From assembly GCA_964016885.1 (NCBI GenBank), contig OZ024741.1:341372001-341436000 (forward strand): 64,000 nucleotides of DNA. The letters are read 5' to 3'. A program made the position numbers and the translations under genes. Below, one piece after another: positions 12,690 to 24,854 of this stretch (the stretch's first letter is position 1; each line of letters begins with the position of its first letter). The stretch comes from Eledone cirrhosa (Eukaryota). The notes beneath the pieces are model-generated. The model saw only the letters and a program-made list of their open reading frames with translations. It was not told the origin of the DNA and did no database searches.

Positions 12690-12920
12690 TGTATGGATGA
12701 TGATTGTTGGGTGAAGAAATGCCAAGATATCCCAGTGGAAAGAAGCTGCAGAAGAGGAAACCTAAGATCTAGACATTAGTGGTGAGAGCTGATCTCAAAT
12801 CACTGAAGGTCATAGATGAGATGATAGAGGAACATAACATGTAGAGGGAGGCTGTGCTGGAGAAAACTCATCCAACCCATGCAAGCTGGGAAAAACAGAC
12901 AGACAGACGATGATGATGAG
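12690..12920 (+). mobile_element. RTE 3' fragment
   Basis: Similar to 1340-1590 (GGGTGAAGAAATGCCAAGA..GTGGTGAGAGCTGATCTC). Confidence 0.75.
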
Positions 12921-13013
12921 AAGGAGGAGGAGAATATACACAAAAGGCTATAGTAGAAAACAGAGAATTTGGCTGCTGTTTCTAGAAGGTTGAATGACCA
13001 CATACAGGCTACC

Positions 13014-13046
<33 letters not shown>

Positions 13047-13119
13047 AACTTGTTGTTGATAATGTTGATAGTGTCGTTGCTATGGTTACTGACAAACTAT
13101 TCTAATATCAGGTTTTTAT

Positions 13120-14020
13120 TTGAAGAGGGAGAGTGAGGGAGAGAGGAGAGTGAATGAGAGAAGCGAGGGGGGGGAGGCAAACAGAAGAAAGGAGGGGAAA
13201 GAAGAGAGAGAGGAAAGTCGGGGAAAGAAGAGAGAGAGGAAAGGAGAAGAAGAGGAGAGAGAGGAGGAAAGGAGAAGAAGAAGAGAGTGAAGGAGAGAAG
13301 AGAAAGAAGAAAGGGGAGAAAGAGAGGCTAGAGAAAGAGGAGAAAGGAAGAGGAAATGAGGAGAGGTATAAGGAAGGAAGAATGTCCTTATTCAATAAAC
13401 AAAAGACTATTTTCTATCTTCTATAATGTAATTTCCTACATTCCTCATATAGGAATATATTTTATTTGAAGCTGAGAATTATTGTAGTTTTTATTGTTGT
13501 TGTTGTTGTTTTTATTATTGTTGTTGTTTTTATTATTGTTTTTGTTGCTATTGTTGTTGTTTTTATTATTGTTTTTGTTGCTATTGTTGTTGTTTTTATT
13601 ATTGTCGTTGTTGCTGTTGTTTTTATTACTGTTGTTGTTGCTGTCACTTTGTTGTTTTTATTGTGCTTATTGTTATTGCTGTTGTTGTTGTTGTTTTTAT
13701 TGTTTTTATTGTTGTTGTTGCTGCTGCTATTGCTGTTGTTATGTGGGTGTTGCTGTTTTTATTGTGGTTGTTGTTATTGTTGTTGCTATTGCTGTTATTG
13801 TTGTTGTTTTTATTATTGTTGTTGCTGTTGCTGCCTCTTTGTTGCATTTATTGTGGTTGTTGTTATTACTTTTGTTGTTGCTGTTGCTATTGTTGTTGTT
13901 TTTATTGTTGTTGTTGCTGCTGCTATTGCTGTTATGTGGCTGTTGTTATGTGGTTGTTGCTATCACATTATTGTTGTTATTGTTGTTGCTATTGTTGTTG
14001 TTCCCACATTGTTGTTATTA
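13120..14020. repeat. Low-complexity GA-rich tract followed by degenerate (GTT/ATT/GCT)n
   Basis: Direct reading. The poly-L/V/C ORFs are artefacts. Confidence 0.9.
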
Positions 14021-14022
14021 AT

Positions 14023-14167
14023 GAGGCGGTGGATTGGCAGTATCGGTAGAGGGTCGGACGCCATGCTTTGCAACATAGAGTTACGGCCCTTTATGATCCG
14101 AGTTCAAATCTCTCCCGAGGTTAACTTTGCCTTCCATTTTACGGGGTCGATAAAATAAAGTACCAGT

Positions 14168-14169
<2 letters not shown>
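14023..14169 (+). mobile_element. tRNA-derived SINE 5' part, split by an RTE insertion (3' part at 17059-17103)
   Basis: Aligns with the intact copy at 31590-31777 up to ACCAGTAAT. The remainder ACTGGG..GGCCTTGTGCC..AGAAAC resumes at 17059. Confidence 0.9.
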
Positions 14170-14206
<37 letters not shown>

Positions 14207-17060
14207 TTTACGTCCGCTTTTCCCTGCTTGCGGTGGGACGAGTCTTATTCAGCACAGCATCTCTCCACTCGTCACGGTCCTTCGTCATCTCCACCGTGAG
14301 CTTCAATGATCTGAGGTCTGTTCTCACCACCTCCGCCCATGTTTTTCGTGGTCTACTTCTACCACGTTTTCCTTCAACTGGCATTTCCTGGTACTTCTTC
14401 ACCCATCGGTCATCCTCCATGCGCATCACATGTCCATACCACCTCAGTCTCCTCTCTTGCACACTACATTCTATCCCTCTCAGACACAGTTTCTCTCTCA
14501 ACACATTTATGCTGGGTCGTTCTCGCACATTTACACTGCACATCCAATGGAGCATGCTTGCCTCATTTCTCTCCAGCCGTCGCATATCCTCTGCAGTTGC
14601 TGCCCATGTCTCACTACCATGCAGCATAGCGCTCCTCACACAGGCATCATACAACCGGCCTTTCGTACGCAGGGAGAAACCCTTCTTCGTCAACAGAGGA
14701 AGCAGCTCCCTAAACTTCTTCCAACCCGTCCTTATTCTAGATACTATGGCATCGGAACACCCCTCTCCCATGCTAATCTGATCTCCTAGGTACCGGAAGC
14801 TATCCACCACTTCTATAGCACCCTCCTGCATTTGAAAAATGTGTCTATCAATGTGAGTTCTACTGTCTAATTTCCCTGTACATCTACTGCATACATATTT
14901 CTCCCTACCTGTTAGTTTGCCTGCTATCAGCTACATCTCTTGTGTACCCAGGATCTGCCTTGTGTGCATTTTATAGAATTTATGCCAGTTCCTTTTCTGC
15001 ATATTGAACATGGCCATTTCCCTGATGGAATCAGAGTTTTGTCCTCTTTTCTACTCATCAACACTTTTGTCTTAGCTAGGTTCACTCTCAGTCCTCTTGC
15101 TTCCAATTGCTGTTTCCATAGCCAGAATTTATTCTCTACCTCCTCTACTGATTCTGCTATAAGAACCAGATCGTCAGCATAGAGAAGTTCCCATGGACAG
15201 CCAGTCTTAAACTCCTCTGTTATGGCTTGGAGGACTATAATGAACAAGAGCGGGCTGAGGACCAAACCTTGATGTACTCCTACTTGTATCTGGAATTCCT
15301 CACTAAACTCCATTCCTACCCTGACTTTACTGAGAGTACCTCTGTACAAAGTTTGCACTGTCCTCACAAGCCATTCCTCAACACCTAGCTTCCTTAGGGA
15401 CCACCAGATGACAGATCGGGGTACCCTATCAAAGGCCTTCTCTAGGTCAACAAAGGCTACTAAGTATAGTGGCTTATTTTTCTCTAAGAACCTCTCTTGC
15501 AATTGTCTCACCAAGAAGAGGGCATCTGTTGTACTCTTCCCAGGCACAAAACCAAATTGCATCTCATCTAGTTTGACCCTTTCTCTAATTAGTTGTGCTA
15601 ATATCCTTTCTGCCACTTTCATAACCTGATCCATCAGTTTTATACCCCTATAATTGCTCCTCTCCAGAGCATCCCCTTTACCTTTGTAGCAATTTATGAG
15701 AATACTGCTGCACCAGTCTTTGGGTATGACACCACCATATATAGCCTGATTTATTATGCGTGCAACCAGTTTAGTGCCTACGTCCCCGGATGCCTTCAGC
15801 ATCTCAGCAACTATTCCCGATGGTCCAGCAGCCTTACCATTTTTCATTTCCCTAATCGTCAATCTCAATAGCTGGTCCCTCTGTCAGATCTACCAAGGGT
15901 AATTTCTCTCTCTCCCATTCGTTCTCCACATTCATCAGTCTCTCATAATGACATTTCCAGGCCTCCTTTTTCTGATCATTCGTGACACTAAGTACACCGG
16001 CATCATCCCGGACACATTTAACTCCAACAACATCCTGATTTGCATTGACACACTGCCTTGCAATGTGGAACACCGCACGCCTCTGATCTTCCCGTCGCAG
16101 AACATTGGCAAACCTCCTACTCTCCGCCTCCCTGCGTGCTAAGTACACCTGACGTCTAGCTTCTCTCTTAGTGGCTGTATATTCTTGCCTACTCCCACCC
16201 TTTTTCCAAGCCTTCCATGCTAGTCTTTTGTCTCTAATGGCCTTATCTACTGTGCTGTTCCGCCACCAGGTCACTCTCTGTCTGGTTGGACCTCTGCTCC
16301 AGCCACAAGTTTCATCAGTAGCCTGCAGCAAGTTGTCACGTAAGAAATTCCAGTTATTATCTATGTCATACGACTCTAAATCGTCTTCTTTTTCGTCATA
16401 TACATCTTGAAGGGCTTTCCTAAATTTGTATTTTAGTGAAAGGTCTTTTAGCTTCCAGATCACCTTCCTATATGTCTCATTCCATCTCTTGCTTACTGAG
16501 ATATCACTAACGACTAACCTATCCTGTGGGGTACATTCTTCCCCAGGGTATGCCTTGGTATTAGACACTATCTGCCTGTCCCGCTGCCTAACTAGTAAAA
16601 AGTCAATCTGGGTTATGTGCTTACCAGATTTGTAGGTTATTAGGTGATTGGCAGGTTTCTGGAAGTTTGTGTTGCAAATAGTCAATGTACCTGCATCACA
16701 AAATTCAAGAAGTCTCACTCCTTCTTCATTTCTTGAGCCGTAACCGTGCCCACCATGTACCCCAGTGTAACCATCCTGGAGCTGTCCAACATGACCATTG
16801 AAGTCTCCTGCTAGCATAACGATGTCTCCGTCCTCTGTCATTGCGGTTGTTTGTAAAAGTTGCTCGTAAAAGCAGTCTTTCTCATCTTTGCCTAGGCCTG
16901 CTTGGGGAGCATAGGCCGAGATGATTGTCAGTAGTCTCCTGCCTACAACTAATCTAAGCTTAATTATTCGATTACTAACTCAAACTACCTCTATTGTCTT
17001 ATTGATCCATTTCTCAGCCAGGAAAATGCCTACTCAACCTAACCCATCATCCTTACCTAC
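14170..17060 (-). mobile_element. Near full-length, frameshifted RTE-clade LINE (partial APE endonuclease, RT, Cys/His finger)
   Basis: APE motifs AGDFNGHVG and QIDF; RT motifs AFVDLEKAFD, GVHQG.VLSPLLF and LLYADD; C-terminal WPCSICRK..WVHKRC and LRWYGHV. (GAT)n tail at 14170-14205. Split across three ORFs. Confidence 0.97.
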
Positions 17061-17236
17061 TGGGATAATTGCTGGCCTTGTGCCGAAAATAGAAACAGTT
17101 ATTACTGTTTGTATTATTGTTGCTGCTGTTATGTGGTTGTTACTGTCACATTGTTGTTGTTGTTGCTACTACCGCATCGTTGTGGTTATGGTAGCAGTGG
17201 TAATGGTGGTGGTGCTGCTGGTGGTGGTTGTGGTAA

Positions 17237-17283
<47 letters not shown>

Positions 17284-17733
17284 CTTGTTGTCATCATTAT
17301 GTGTGTATGTGGAAGGTTCAGATTGTCAACAATCTCTGTGGCTGTCCAGTTGTTGATGTTTCATGGTCAACAAGATCATCCTTATCATAACCATTGTTAT
17401 AATCCTTATCATCATCACCTCCAAACTTCCTTCTCAGTTCTACATTGTCTCTGTTCCCCCAACAACTTTACAGAGTGTACTGAGTATTTTTTTAATTTTT
17501 TTTACCATAACAGTGTCAATAGAGAGGTTGTCATTTTCTCATTCAAACTATAGAGTTCTCTCAACCCTAGAGTTCTCAACTATAGAGTCCTCTTAACTCT
17601 AAGTTTCATTGCCAACCTCTTTACAGAGTGTACTGGGTGTATTCTATCCTCACACCCATACAAATTAGGTTATTATATGCACAGCAGGATGACATATAAA
17701 TGATAATAGAATAAGAATTAAGAGTGGACTTAC

Positions 17734-17795
17734 CAGTAGAATCCAATAGCTCCATATGGACCACAGCCATAGACTGGTCATGTCCTTCCACAGCC
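17734..17795 (-). CDS. Coding exon of the same host gene: AVEGHDQSMAVVHMELLDST(G)
   Basis: Acceptor ccatttttctattccag|G and donor ACTG|gtaagt. 62 nt, ending in phase 1, which matches the phase-1 start of exon 6516-6634 (G+GT = Gly). Confidence 0.72.
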
Positions 17796-17864
17796 CTGGA
17801 ATAGAAAAATGGTCCAAATATTATCAGTTTAAATATCTAATAAAACATCTAGAGTATATAGTGA

Positions 17865-18035
17865 AAGAGTTGGGCTTAGTGGTTAGGATACTGAGCCCAC
17901 AGTTACAATGTTGTGTGTTCAATTCCAGTCCTTGAGCAAGACACTTTATTTCACATTGCTCCAGTCCACTCTTTTGGAAAAAACGAATTGCTATAACACT
18001 GGCACCAAGCTGTTTTAGCATTTTCCCTTCCCATG
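17865..18035 (+). mobile_element. tRNA/CORE-like SINE fragment
   Basis: GGCTTAGTGGTTAG A box, GTTCAATTCC B box, CTTGAGCAAGACACTTTATTTCAC. Confidence 0.75.
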
Positions 18036-18154
18036 GATAATATCATTTATAGTGTGTATGAATGTGTGTAATATATATATGGTATATTAAGCTGTATAAT
18101 CCTTTGCTTTTTCCTTGGACAGTGTGTGTATATATATATATACAGACATATATA

Positions 18155-18538
18155 TCATCATCATCATAATTTTACGTCTGCTTTTTCTTGCTTGCAAGGG
18201 TGGGACGGGAACTGATTCTGGCTGCATTTCAACAGCTGGATGCCCTTCCTAACACCAACCTCATTTACAGTGAGTGCTGGGTACTTTTTTTTTCGTGGCG
18301 CCTACACATCCACTTTTCACTGTGGGCTGGGTGCTTTTTGCCGTGGCACCTCCACGACCATTTTGCAGTGGAATGATAGGGACCCCAGTCCCTATCATCT
18401 CATTTCTACAGCTGAGTAAACTGGAGCAATGTGAAATAAAGTGTCTTGTTCAAGGAAACAACACATCACCCGGTCTGAGAATTGAACTCACAACCTTTCG
18501 ATTGCAAGGCCAATGCTTTAACCACTAAGCCATGTGCC
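18155..18538 (-). mobile_element. Full SINE (tRNA head, CORE-like middle, RTE 3' tail)
   Basis: Reverse complement of 59503-59888. Confidence 0.92.
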
Positions 18539-18539
18539 T

Positions 18540-18621
<82 letters not shown>

Positions 18622-19146
18622 GCACATTTCTCTTGACCATTATCTTTTACTTGTCATAAAATTCTCTAAAAAGGCTACAGAATAGATTTCCAAATAAGGG
18701 CGTGAACATTTAATGAAAACTTGTTCACGTGACAGCATAATTTCATTTATAACCAATCAAATTACGTTTATTAAAAAAAAGCCTTCGTGAGCACCCCCTT
18801 TTTTTTAAGTAAAAAGAAATTCAAACACTCATATATGAAAAAACAACCTGTGACACCCACCCCCTTGTTTGAAGAACTTTGTAACACGAACTGGCGCAAA
18901 ATTTATTATAATTATTGACCAACCAATCAAATTACTTCTCAAAAAACCTGGCGTTTCAAGCCACTTTTTCCATATAAAACAAGTAACATTCAAAGACCAA
19001 CCAGATGTGAGAAAAACTACACACCCTCCATCTCAACTCTACTTTTGAAAAGCAGAAGAACTGCGAAACCGGTAAAGGAACCAAATAAATATATATATTT
19101 TAAAAAAAAAAAGAGTCCAGTTGCATTTTCGATTTCATCTTTTTTT

Positions 19147-19195
<49 letters not shown>

Positions 19196-19206
19196 TATAC
19201 ATATAT

Positions 19207-19250
<44 letters not shown>

Positions 19251-19252
<2 letters not shown>

Positions 19253-19748
19253 GGAAAAAATGAAATGAAATTTCATTTCCCACTCTTAGTACGGCTGTTA
19301 CTTAAGTATAAGTATGTACACGTACATACATATATGTATACAGACGGACAGTAGTATGTATATATATATACATGCACACATATATATATGCACGTATGGA
19401 TTCACCGAACATTTATTATAATGCTCGGTGTGTTTGTAAACAAACATCCCGTATTAAGCCATACAGTGTCTAGCAACGATTTTTGCTTGTTTGTTCAACA
19501 CTGACAAAGGAACGCTCTACTAGTTTCAAGCTTATGAGCTATCGTCAGTAATGTATGAGTGACATTGGACGGTAATTCACGGCAAGGGATTTGTTTCCTT
19601 TTTTGAAAACTGGGACAACAGACTGGGATAGAAGGTTTTATGGCACATATCCAGCATCCAGTGAGTTCCGCCACAGGTTGGCAAGAGGAGATGCAAGTTG
19701 GTGTTGACACGGCTTCAAGACACAAGCAGGGAACCTATCGGGTCCTAC
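19251..19748 (-). mobile_element. Penelope-like remnant in (TA)n with a hammerhead core at 19512-19554
   Basis: Minus strand: CTGACGA-TAGC-TCATAA-GCTT-GAAAC-TA-GTA; stem I is degenerate. Its terminal part recurs as the fold-back at 20671-20921. Confidence 0.6.
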
Positions 19749-20004
19749 TATATATATATATATTTATATATATATATATAAATATATATATATATACCAG
19801 TGGCCAACCTATACAGGCTGGAGATAAAATGTGTAGCAACAAGGAGATAAAATGTGTAGCAGCATGGTCTCAGCCGGAGGGCTGAAACAGGTAAAAGAGT
19901 AAAAGAGTATATATATATATTTATATATATATATATTTATATATATTTATATATATATTTATATATTTATATATATATATATATTTATATATTTATATAT
20001 ATAT

Positions 20005-20280
20005 AAATGGGTTTGGATGGGAGTTTTCCCACTTGAGGCAAGAGTGGTTGTCTTGCTTGCAAGGGTTTTCTACGGCTGGATGCCATTCCTAACACCAACC
20101 ACATTTACAGTGGACTGTGTGTTTTTTTGTCGTGACACCTACACGACCCCTAATTTGTGGATTGTGGATATTGTGGTACCAACATAACTTTACATTGAAA
20201 GGGGCTGTGTGGATGGGGTGGGGGGATGGGGGTGTATTTTGTTAGAGGTGCCTACTGACTGTAGTAGGTTTTACTTTGTA
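20005..20280 (-). mobile_element. RTE 3' UTR fragment
   Basis: Reverse complement of ~24115-24436, with deletions. Confidence 0.85.
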
Positions 20281-20322
20281 TTTATATATATATATTTATA
20301 TATATTTATATATATATATTTG

Positions 20323-20353
<31 letters not shown>

Positions 20354-20367
20354 TTATATATATATAT

Positions 20368-20541
20368 CATCCCTATCATCTCATGGGGTCCCTATCATCT
20401 CATTTCTACAGCTGAGTAAACTGGAGCAATGTGAAATAAAGTGTCTTGATCAAGGAAACAACACATCACCCGGTCTGAGAATTGAACTCACAACCTTTGG
20501 ATTGCAAGGCCAATGCTCTAACCACTAAGCCATGTGCCTCC
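20368..20541 (-). mobile_element. SINE 5' half
   Basis: Near-identical to 18390-18538. Confidence 0.9.
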
Positions 20542-20600
20542 CTTATATATATATTTATATATATATTTATATATATATTTATATATATATATATATATTG

Positions 20601-20633
<33 letters not shown>

Positions 20634-20643
20634 TATATATATT

Positions 20644-20670
<27 letters not shown>

Positions 20671-20674
<4 letters not shown>

Positions 20675-20921
20675 AAGTATGTACACGTACATACATATAT
20701 GTATACAGATGTACAGTAGTATGTATATATATATACATACATGCACATATATATATGTACGTATGGATTCACCGAACATTTATTATAATGTGTGCATGTA
20801 TGTATATATATATACATACTACTGTACGTCTGTATACATTATATGTATGTACGTGTACGTACTTATATTTAAGTAACAGCCGTACCAAGAGTGGGAAATG
20901 AAATTCCGTTTCATTTTTTCC
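20671..20921. repeat. Fold-back copy of 19251-19423 embedded in (TA)n
   Basis: 20671-20790 is a direct copy of ~19307-19423, and 20790-20921 is an inverted copy of ~19251-19378. Confidence 0.85.
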
Positions 20922-20924
20922 TTT

Positions 20925-20959
<35 letters not shown>

Positions 20960-21012
20960 ATTTATATATATATTTATATATATATATTTATATATATATA
21001 TTTATATATATA

Positions 21013-21103
<91 letters not shown>

Positions 21104-21132
21104 ATTTATATATATATATATTTATATATATT

Positions 21133-21263
<131 letters not shown>

Positions 21264-21881
21264 ATTTATATATATATATTTATATATATATATTTATATA
21301 TTCACATATATTTACCTAAACTGCGATTCTGTTTTTCTCTCTCTCTCTCTTACTGCTCCCCCATTCTCTCTGTTTCTCTTACTTTCTTTCGCCCTCTCTG
21401 TCATGTCAGTTAACACTTTCTCTCTACTGACCTCTTCCTCACACTTCCACTCACTCACTGTTTCTCCCCTTCTCACTTCACCCCGTTCGCGACGAAAACA
21501 ATTTCCTTCTTTCTTACATTTGGATTCATCTCGAAAGGTCTATTCCTACGCGTTCATATATTAACCCAGCTTATGCTGACAGAATAACTATGTAGCTTGT
21601 GCCTCTTCCTATCTACGGTTAGCTTTCCTCTTTGTTGTTACTTGTCTCACTCGCTTTACGCATTTTAATTGTCCTAATAACTTTATTTAGTTATTATTGC
21701 ACCAACGTGAGGTATATGATTTTTAATGCAATGAAATATCTATGATCGTTGGCAAATCACTGATGAGGGACTCATTTTATAACATGTTATCCGTGTGCAA
21801 CCTGCAGTATTCTTCTCCCCAATTTTTCACATATATTTATATATATATATATATTTATATATATATAAATATATATATATT

Positions 21882-21912
<31 letters not shown>

Positions 21913-21974
21913 TTATATATATATTTATAAAGAAGAAGTTTATGAAACGGAAATGCGGGTATAAAGAATTTATT

Positions 21975-22091
21975 AGGTAACAATTGTTTCTATAGTGTAT
22001 GGGTTACCTATACTTCGCTATTTGTATAATATAAAAATATTATCATAAATCGTAGGTACACTGTTAGAAAACACACCATGTCGTCAGACCT
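21975..22091 (-). ncRNA. Type I hammerhead ribozyme with extended stem II
   Basis: Minus strand: stem I AGGT/ACCT; core CTGACGA; stem II ATGGTGTGT/ATACACTAT enclosing ~70 nt; GAAAC-AATT-GTT cleavage triplet, followed by AATAAA. Confidence 0.75.
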
Positions 22092-22782
22092 TTGTAGTAG
22101 AATGATATGAAAATATTTTATACACTATATATAAGAGAAAGAAGGAGGTAGGAAGGGAAGAGGAAGAGGGAAGCGAGTAAGGGGGAGGGAGTCTTAGGAT
22201 TTAAGACTGTCAGAGTAGTAGAGATTGTAAGGAGAAAATGTTTTGGCAGCAGTTAGCTTAATGAGGCGTGTTAGGGTTGGCGGGGGAAGTAAATTCTTCT
22301 AGTGGTGTTGTTTGGACAAAATTTAGTTAAAGGGGTCAAAGTAATACAGAATTACAGACAAGTTATTGGGGCTATTATAGTAGCAGGTTATTTCTAAAGG
22401 GGTCCAAAAAACAGTGTTTAGCACTATTATTATAGAAAGCCATATCGTGTGTATAAACATATAAAACAGAAATTTGTAAACGGTGGTGTAAAAAGGTAAC
22501 ATTACATGCATTTAAAAAAAGAAAAAGTCGTTTTCAAACGATGGTTACAGTAAAGTGAACGTTCAATTTTGCTGTTCAAAAGTTTGTTTTCCGACGTTAA
22601 AATGCAGTATATCTCCATATTGCATAATTTACAGAATCGATGATTTTGCTAATATGCAGGCGCAACTGAATAATTTGCCAATCAAGGGAGAATGCTTGAT
22701 TGTTCCTCCGAAGCTGCCAGGCTTTATCGGCGAGGGTTGTTACGGAGCGCATTTATCTAGATGATTTGCATTTGGGACATAA

Positions 22783-24478
22783 AATCTAGATGAAATGCAG
22801 TTCGGGCTTGTGTCAGGTAAAAGTACCACAGATGCTCTTTTCATTGTACGACAACTACAGGAGAAGTACCTAGCTAAAAGTAAACCGCTATACTTAGCTT
22901 TTGTCGACTTGGAGAAAGCCTCGTTCCATTATCTGGTGGGCTCTTAGAAAACTAGGTGTTGATGAATGGCTTGTGAGAGCTATACAAGCCATGTATAAAG
23001 AAACAGTCAGCAAGGTTAGAATTAACAAAGAATATAGTGAAGAGTTTAGCGTAAAAGTTGGTGTTCATCAGGGCTCTGTTCTTAGCCCCCTACTATTTAT
23101 TATTGCCCTTCAGGCTATAACAGTGGAGTTCAAGACCGGCTGCCCATGGGAACTCCTATACGCAGATGATCTAACGCTCATAGCTGAATCAATGGCCGAG
23201 CTAGAGAAGAAATTCCAAACATGGAAGCACGGCCTAGAATCAAAAGGCCTTAAAATTAACCTGGCTAAGACTAAAGTTCTAGTTTGTAGGAAAGAAAATA
23301 AGGCGCCGGTCCCTTCCTGGAAATGGCCATGCTCAGTTTGTAGGAAAGGCATAGGTAGAAACTCCATTTTATGTCCCAAATGCAAAGTATGGGTGCATAA
23401 AAGATGTAGTGGGATCACAGGTAAGCTAACTAAGAACATAGATTTTACATGTGGCCGGTGCTCTGGTGCAATAAGTAGCAGCAAGTGCCCACAAAATGCT
23501 AGCTCTTTCAATTGCGCAGAGGGTTCTATAGAAATAGTGGACAGCTTCCGTTACCTGGGTGACAAAATCAGCAGTGGGGGAGGGTGCTCTGAAAGTACAG
23601 TAGCTAGAGTCAGAACTGGATGGAAAAAGTTCAGAGAGCTTATACCACTATTAGCCGCTAAAGGGTTCTCCCTAAAAATGAAAGGCAGGTTGTATGATGC
23701 CTGCATACGAACAGCAATGTTGCATGGCAGTGAGACCTGGGCATTGTGTGCAGAGGATATACGCAGACTAGAGAGGAACGAAGATTGCATGCTCCGCTGG
23801 ATGTGTAATAGTAATATACGTGAACGGCAAAGCATAAACGAACTAAGGGAAAAATTAGAAATAAGAGGCATCAGATGTTGTTTACTCGAGAGAAGGCTAC
23901 GTTGGTATGGTCACGTGATGCGCATGAAAGACGACAGCTGTATAAAAAAGTGCAGGGCAATAAAGATAGACGGTAGCCACGGAGTAGGCAGACCTAGAAA
24001 AACCTGGGACGACCTGATAAATTCCGACCTCACACACTTACACCTCCCCAAGACAATGTCACTGGACCGAGATCTTTGGCGGTACTCAGTAATAGAGAAG
24101 ATCCGCCTTACCTAAATACAAAGTAAAACCTACTACAGTCAGTAGGCACCTCTAACAAAATACACTCCGTCCCACACCCCCACCACATCCACACCGCCCC
24201 TTTCAATGTAAAGTTATGTTGGTGCCACAACAACCAGGCCGAAACAAATGAGTTCGTGTAGGTGTCACGACAAAAAAACACACAGTCCACGCTGTAATGT
24301 GGCCGTGTAGGTAACACGGTAAAAACCTGGTTGGTGTTAGAAAGGGCATCCAGCTGTAGAAAACCCGCCAGACAGTCCTATGCGAGCAAGACAACCACTC
24401 TTGCCTCAAGTGGGAAAACTCCCGTCCAAACCCATGCAAGCGTGGAACATGGACGTTAAACGATGATGATGATGATGA
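22783..24478 (+). mobile_element. 5'-truncated RTE LINE (RT C-half, Cys/His finger, full 3' UTR)
   Basis: GVHQGSVLSPLLF, LLYADD, CSVCRK..CPKCKVWVHKRC..CGRC, LRWYGHV; (GAT)n tail. Confidence 0.97.
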
Positions 24479-24539
24479 TATATATATAATAATAGAGTAA
24501 TAATAATAATATATATAATAATATAGTAATGATAATAAA

Positions 24540-24743
24540 TTTGAAGACTAAAATCCAAAGAGGGCTCGATAAGGATAAATTTATATCAAATATATAAGAA
24601 CCGTAGAGCAAATATTTATTAAAATAACAGATTAAAGTTTAAGCAAAGAATCACTGCTTTCACCCTTAACTGGATCTTCAGAAGATCCCGTTAAGGGTGA
24701 AAGCAGCGATTCTTTGCTTAAACTTTAATCTGTTATTTTAATA
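24540..24743 (-). mobile_element. Fold-back mini-element (palindrome 24617-24743 plus unique tail) with a partial hammerhead core
   Basis: Arms of ~63 bp around a 1-nt spacer at 24680. Minus strand reads CTGAAGA-TCCAGTTAAGGGT-GAAA. Family pieces recur at ~52040-52085 and ~52385-52432. Confidence 0.7.
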
Positions 24744-24786
24744 TATATATATATATATATATATCTATACATATATATACATATAC

Positions 24787-24852
<66 letters not shown>

Positions 24853-24854
<2 letters not shown>

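Noticed and set aside
13466-14158. Hydrophobic or cysteine-rich membrane protein ORFs (also 16921-17553 and 7725-8165)
   Set aside because: These are translations of (GTT/ATT/GTA/CAT)n low-complexity tracts.
21750-21800. CTGATGAGGGA half-core in a (TA)n-flanked segment
   Set aside because: No GAAA half before the microsatellite, so it cannot be called a ribozyme.
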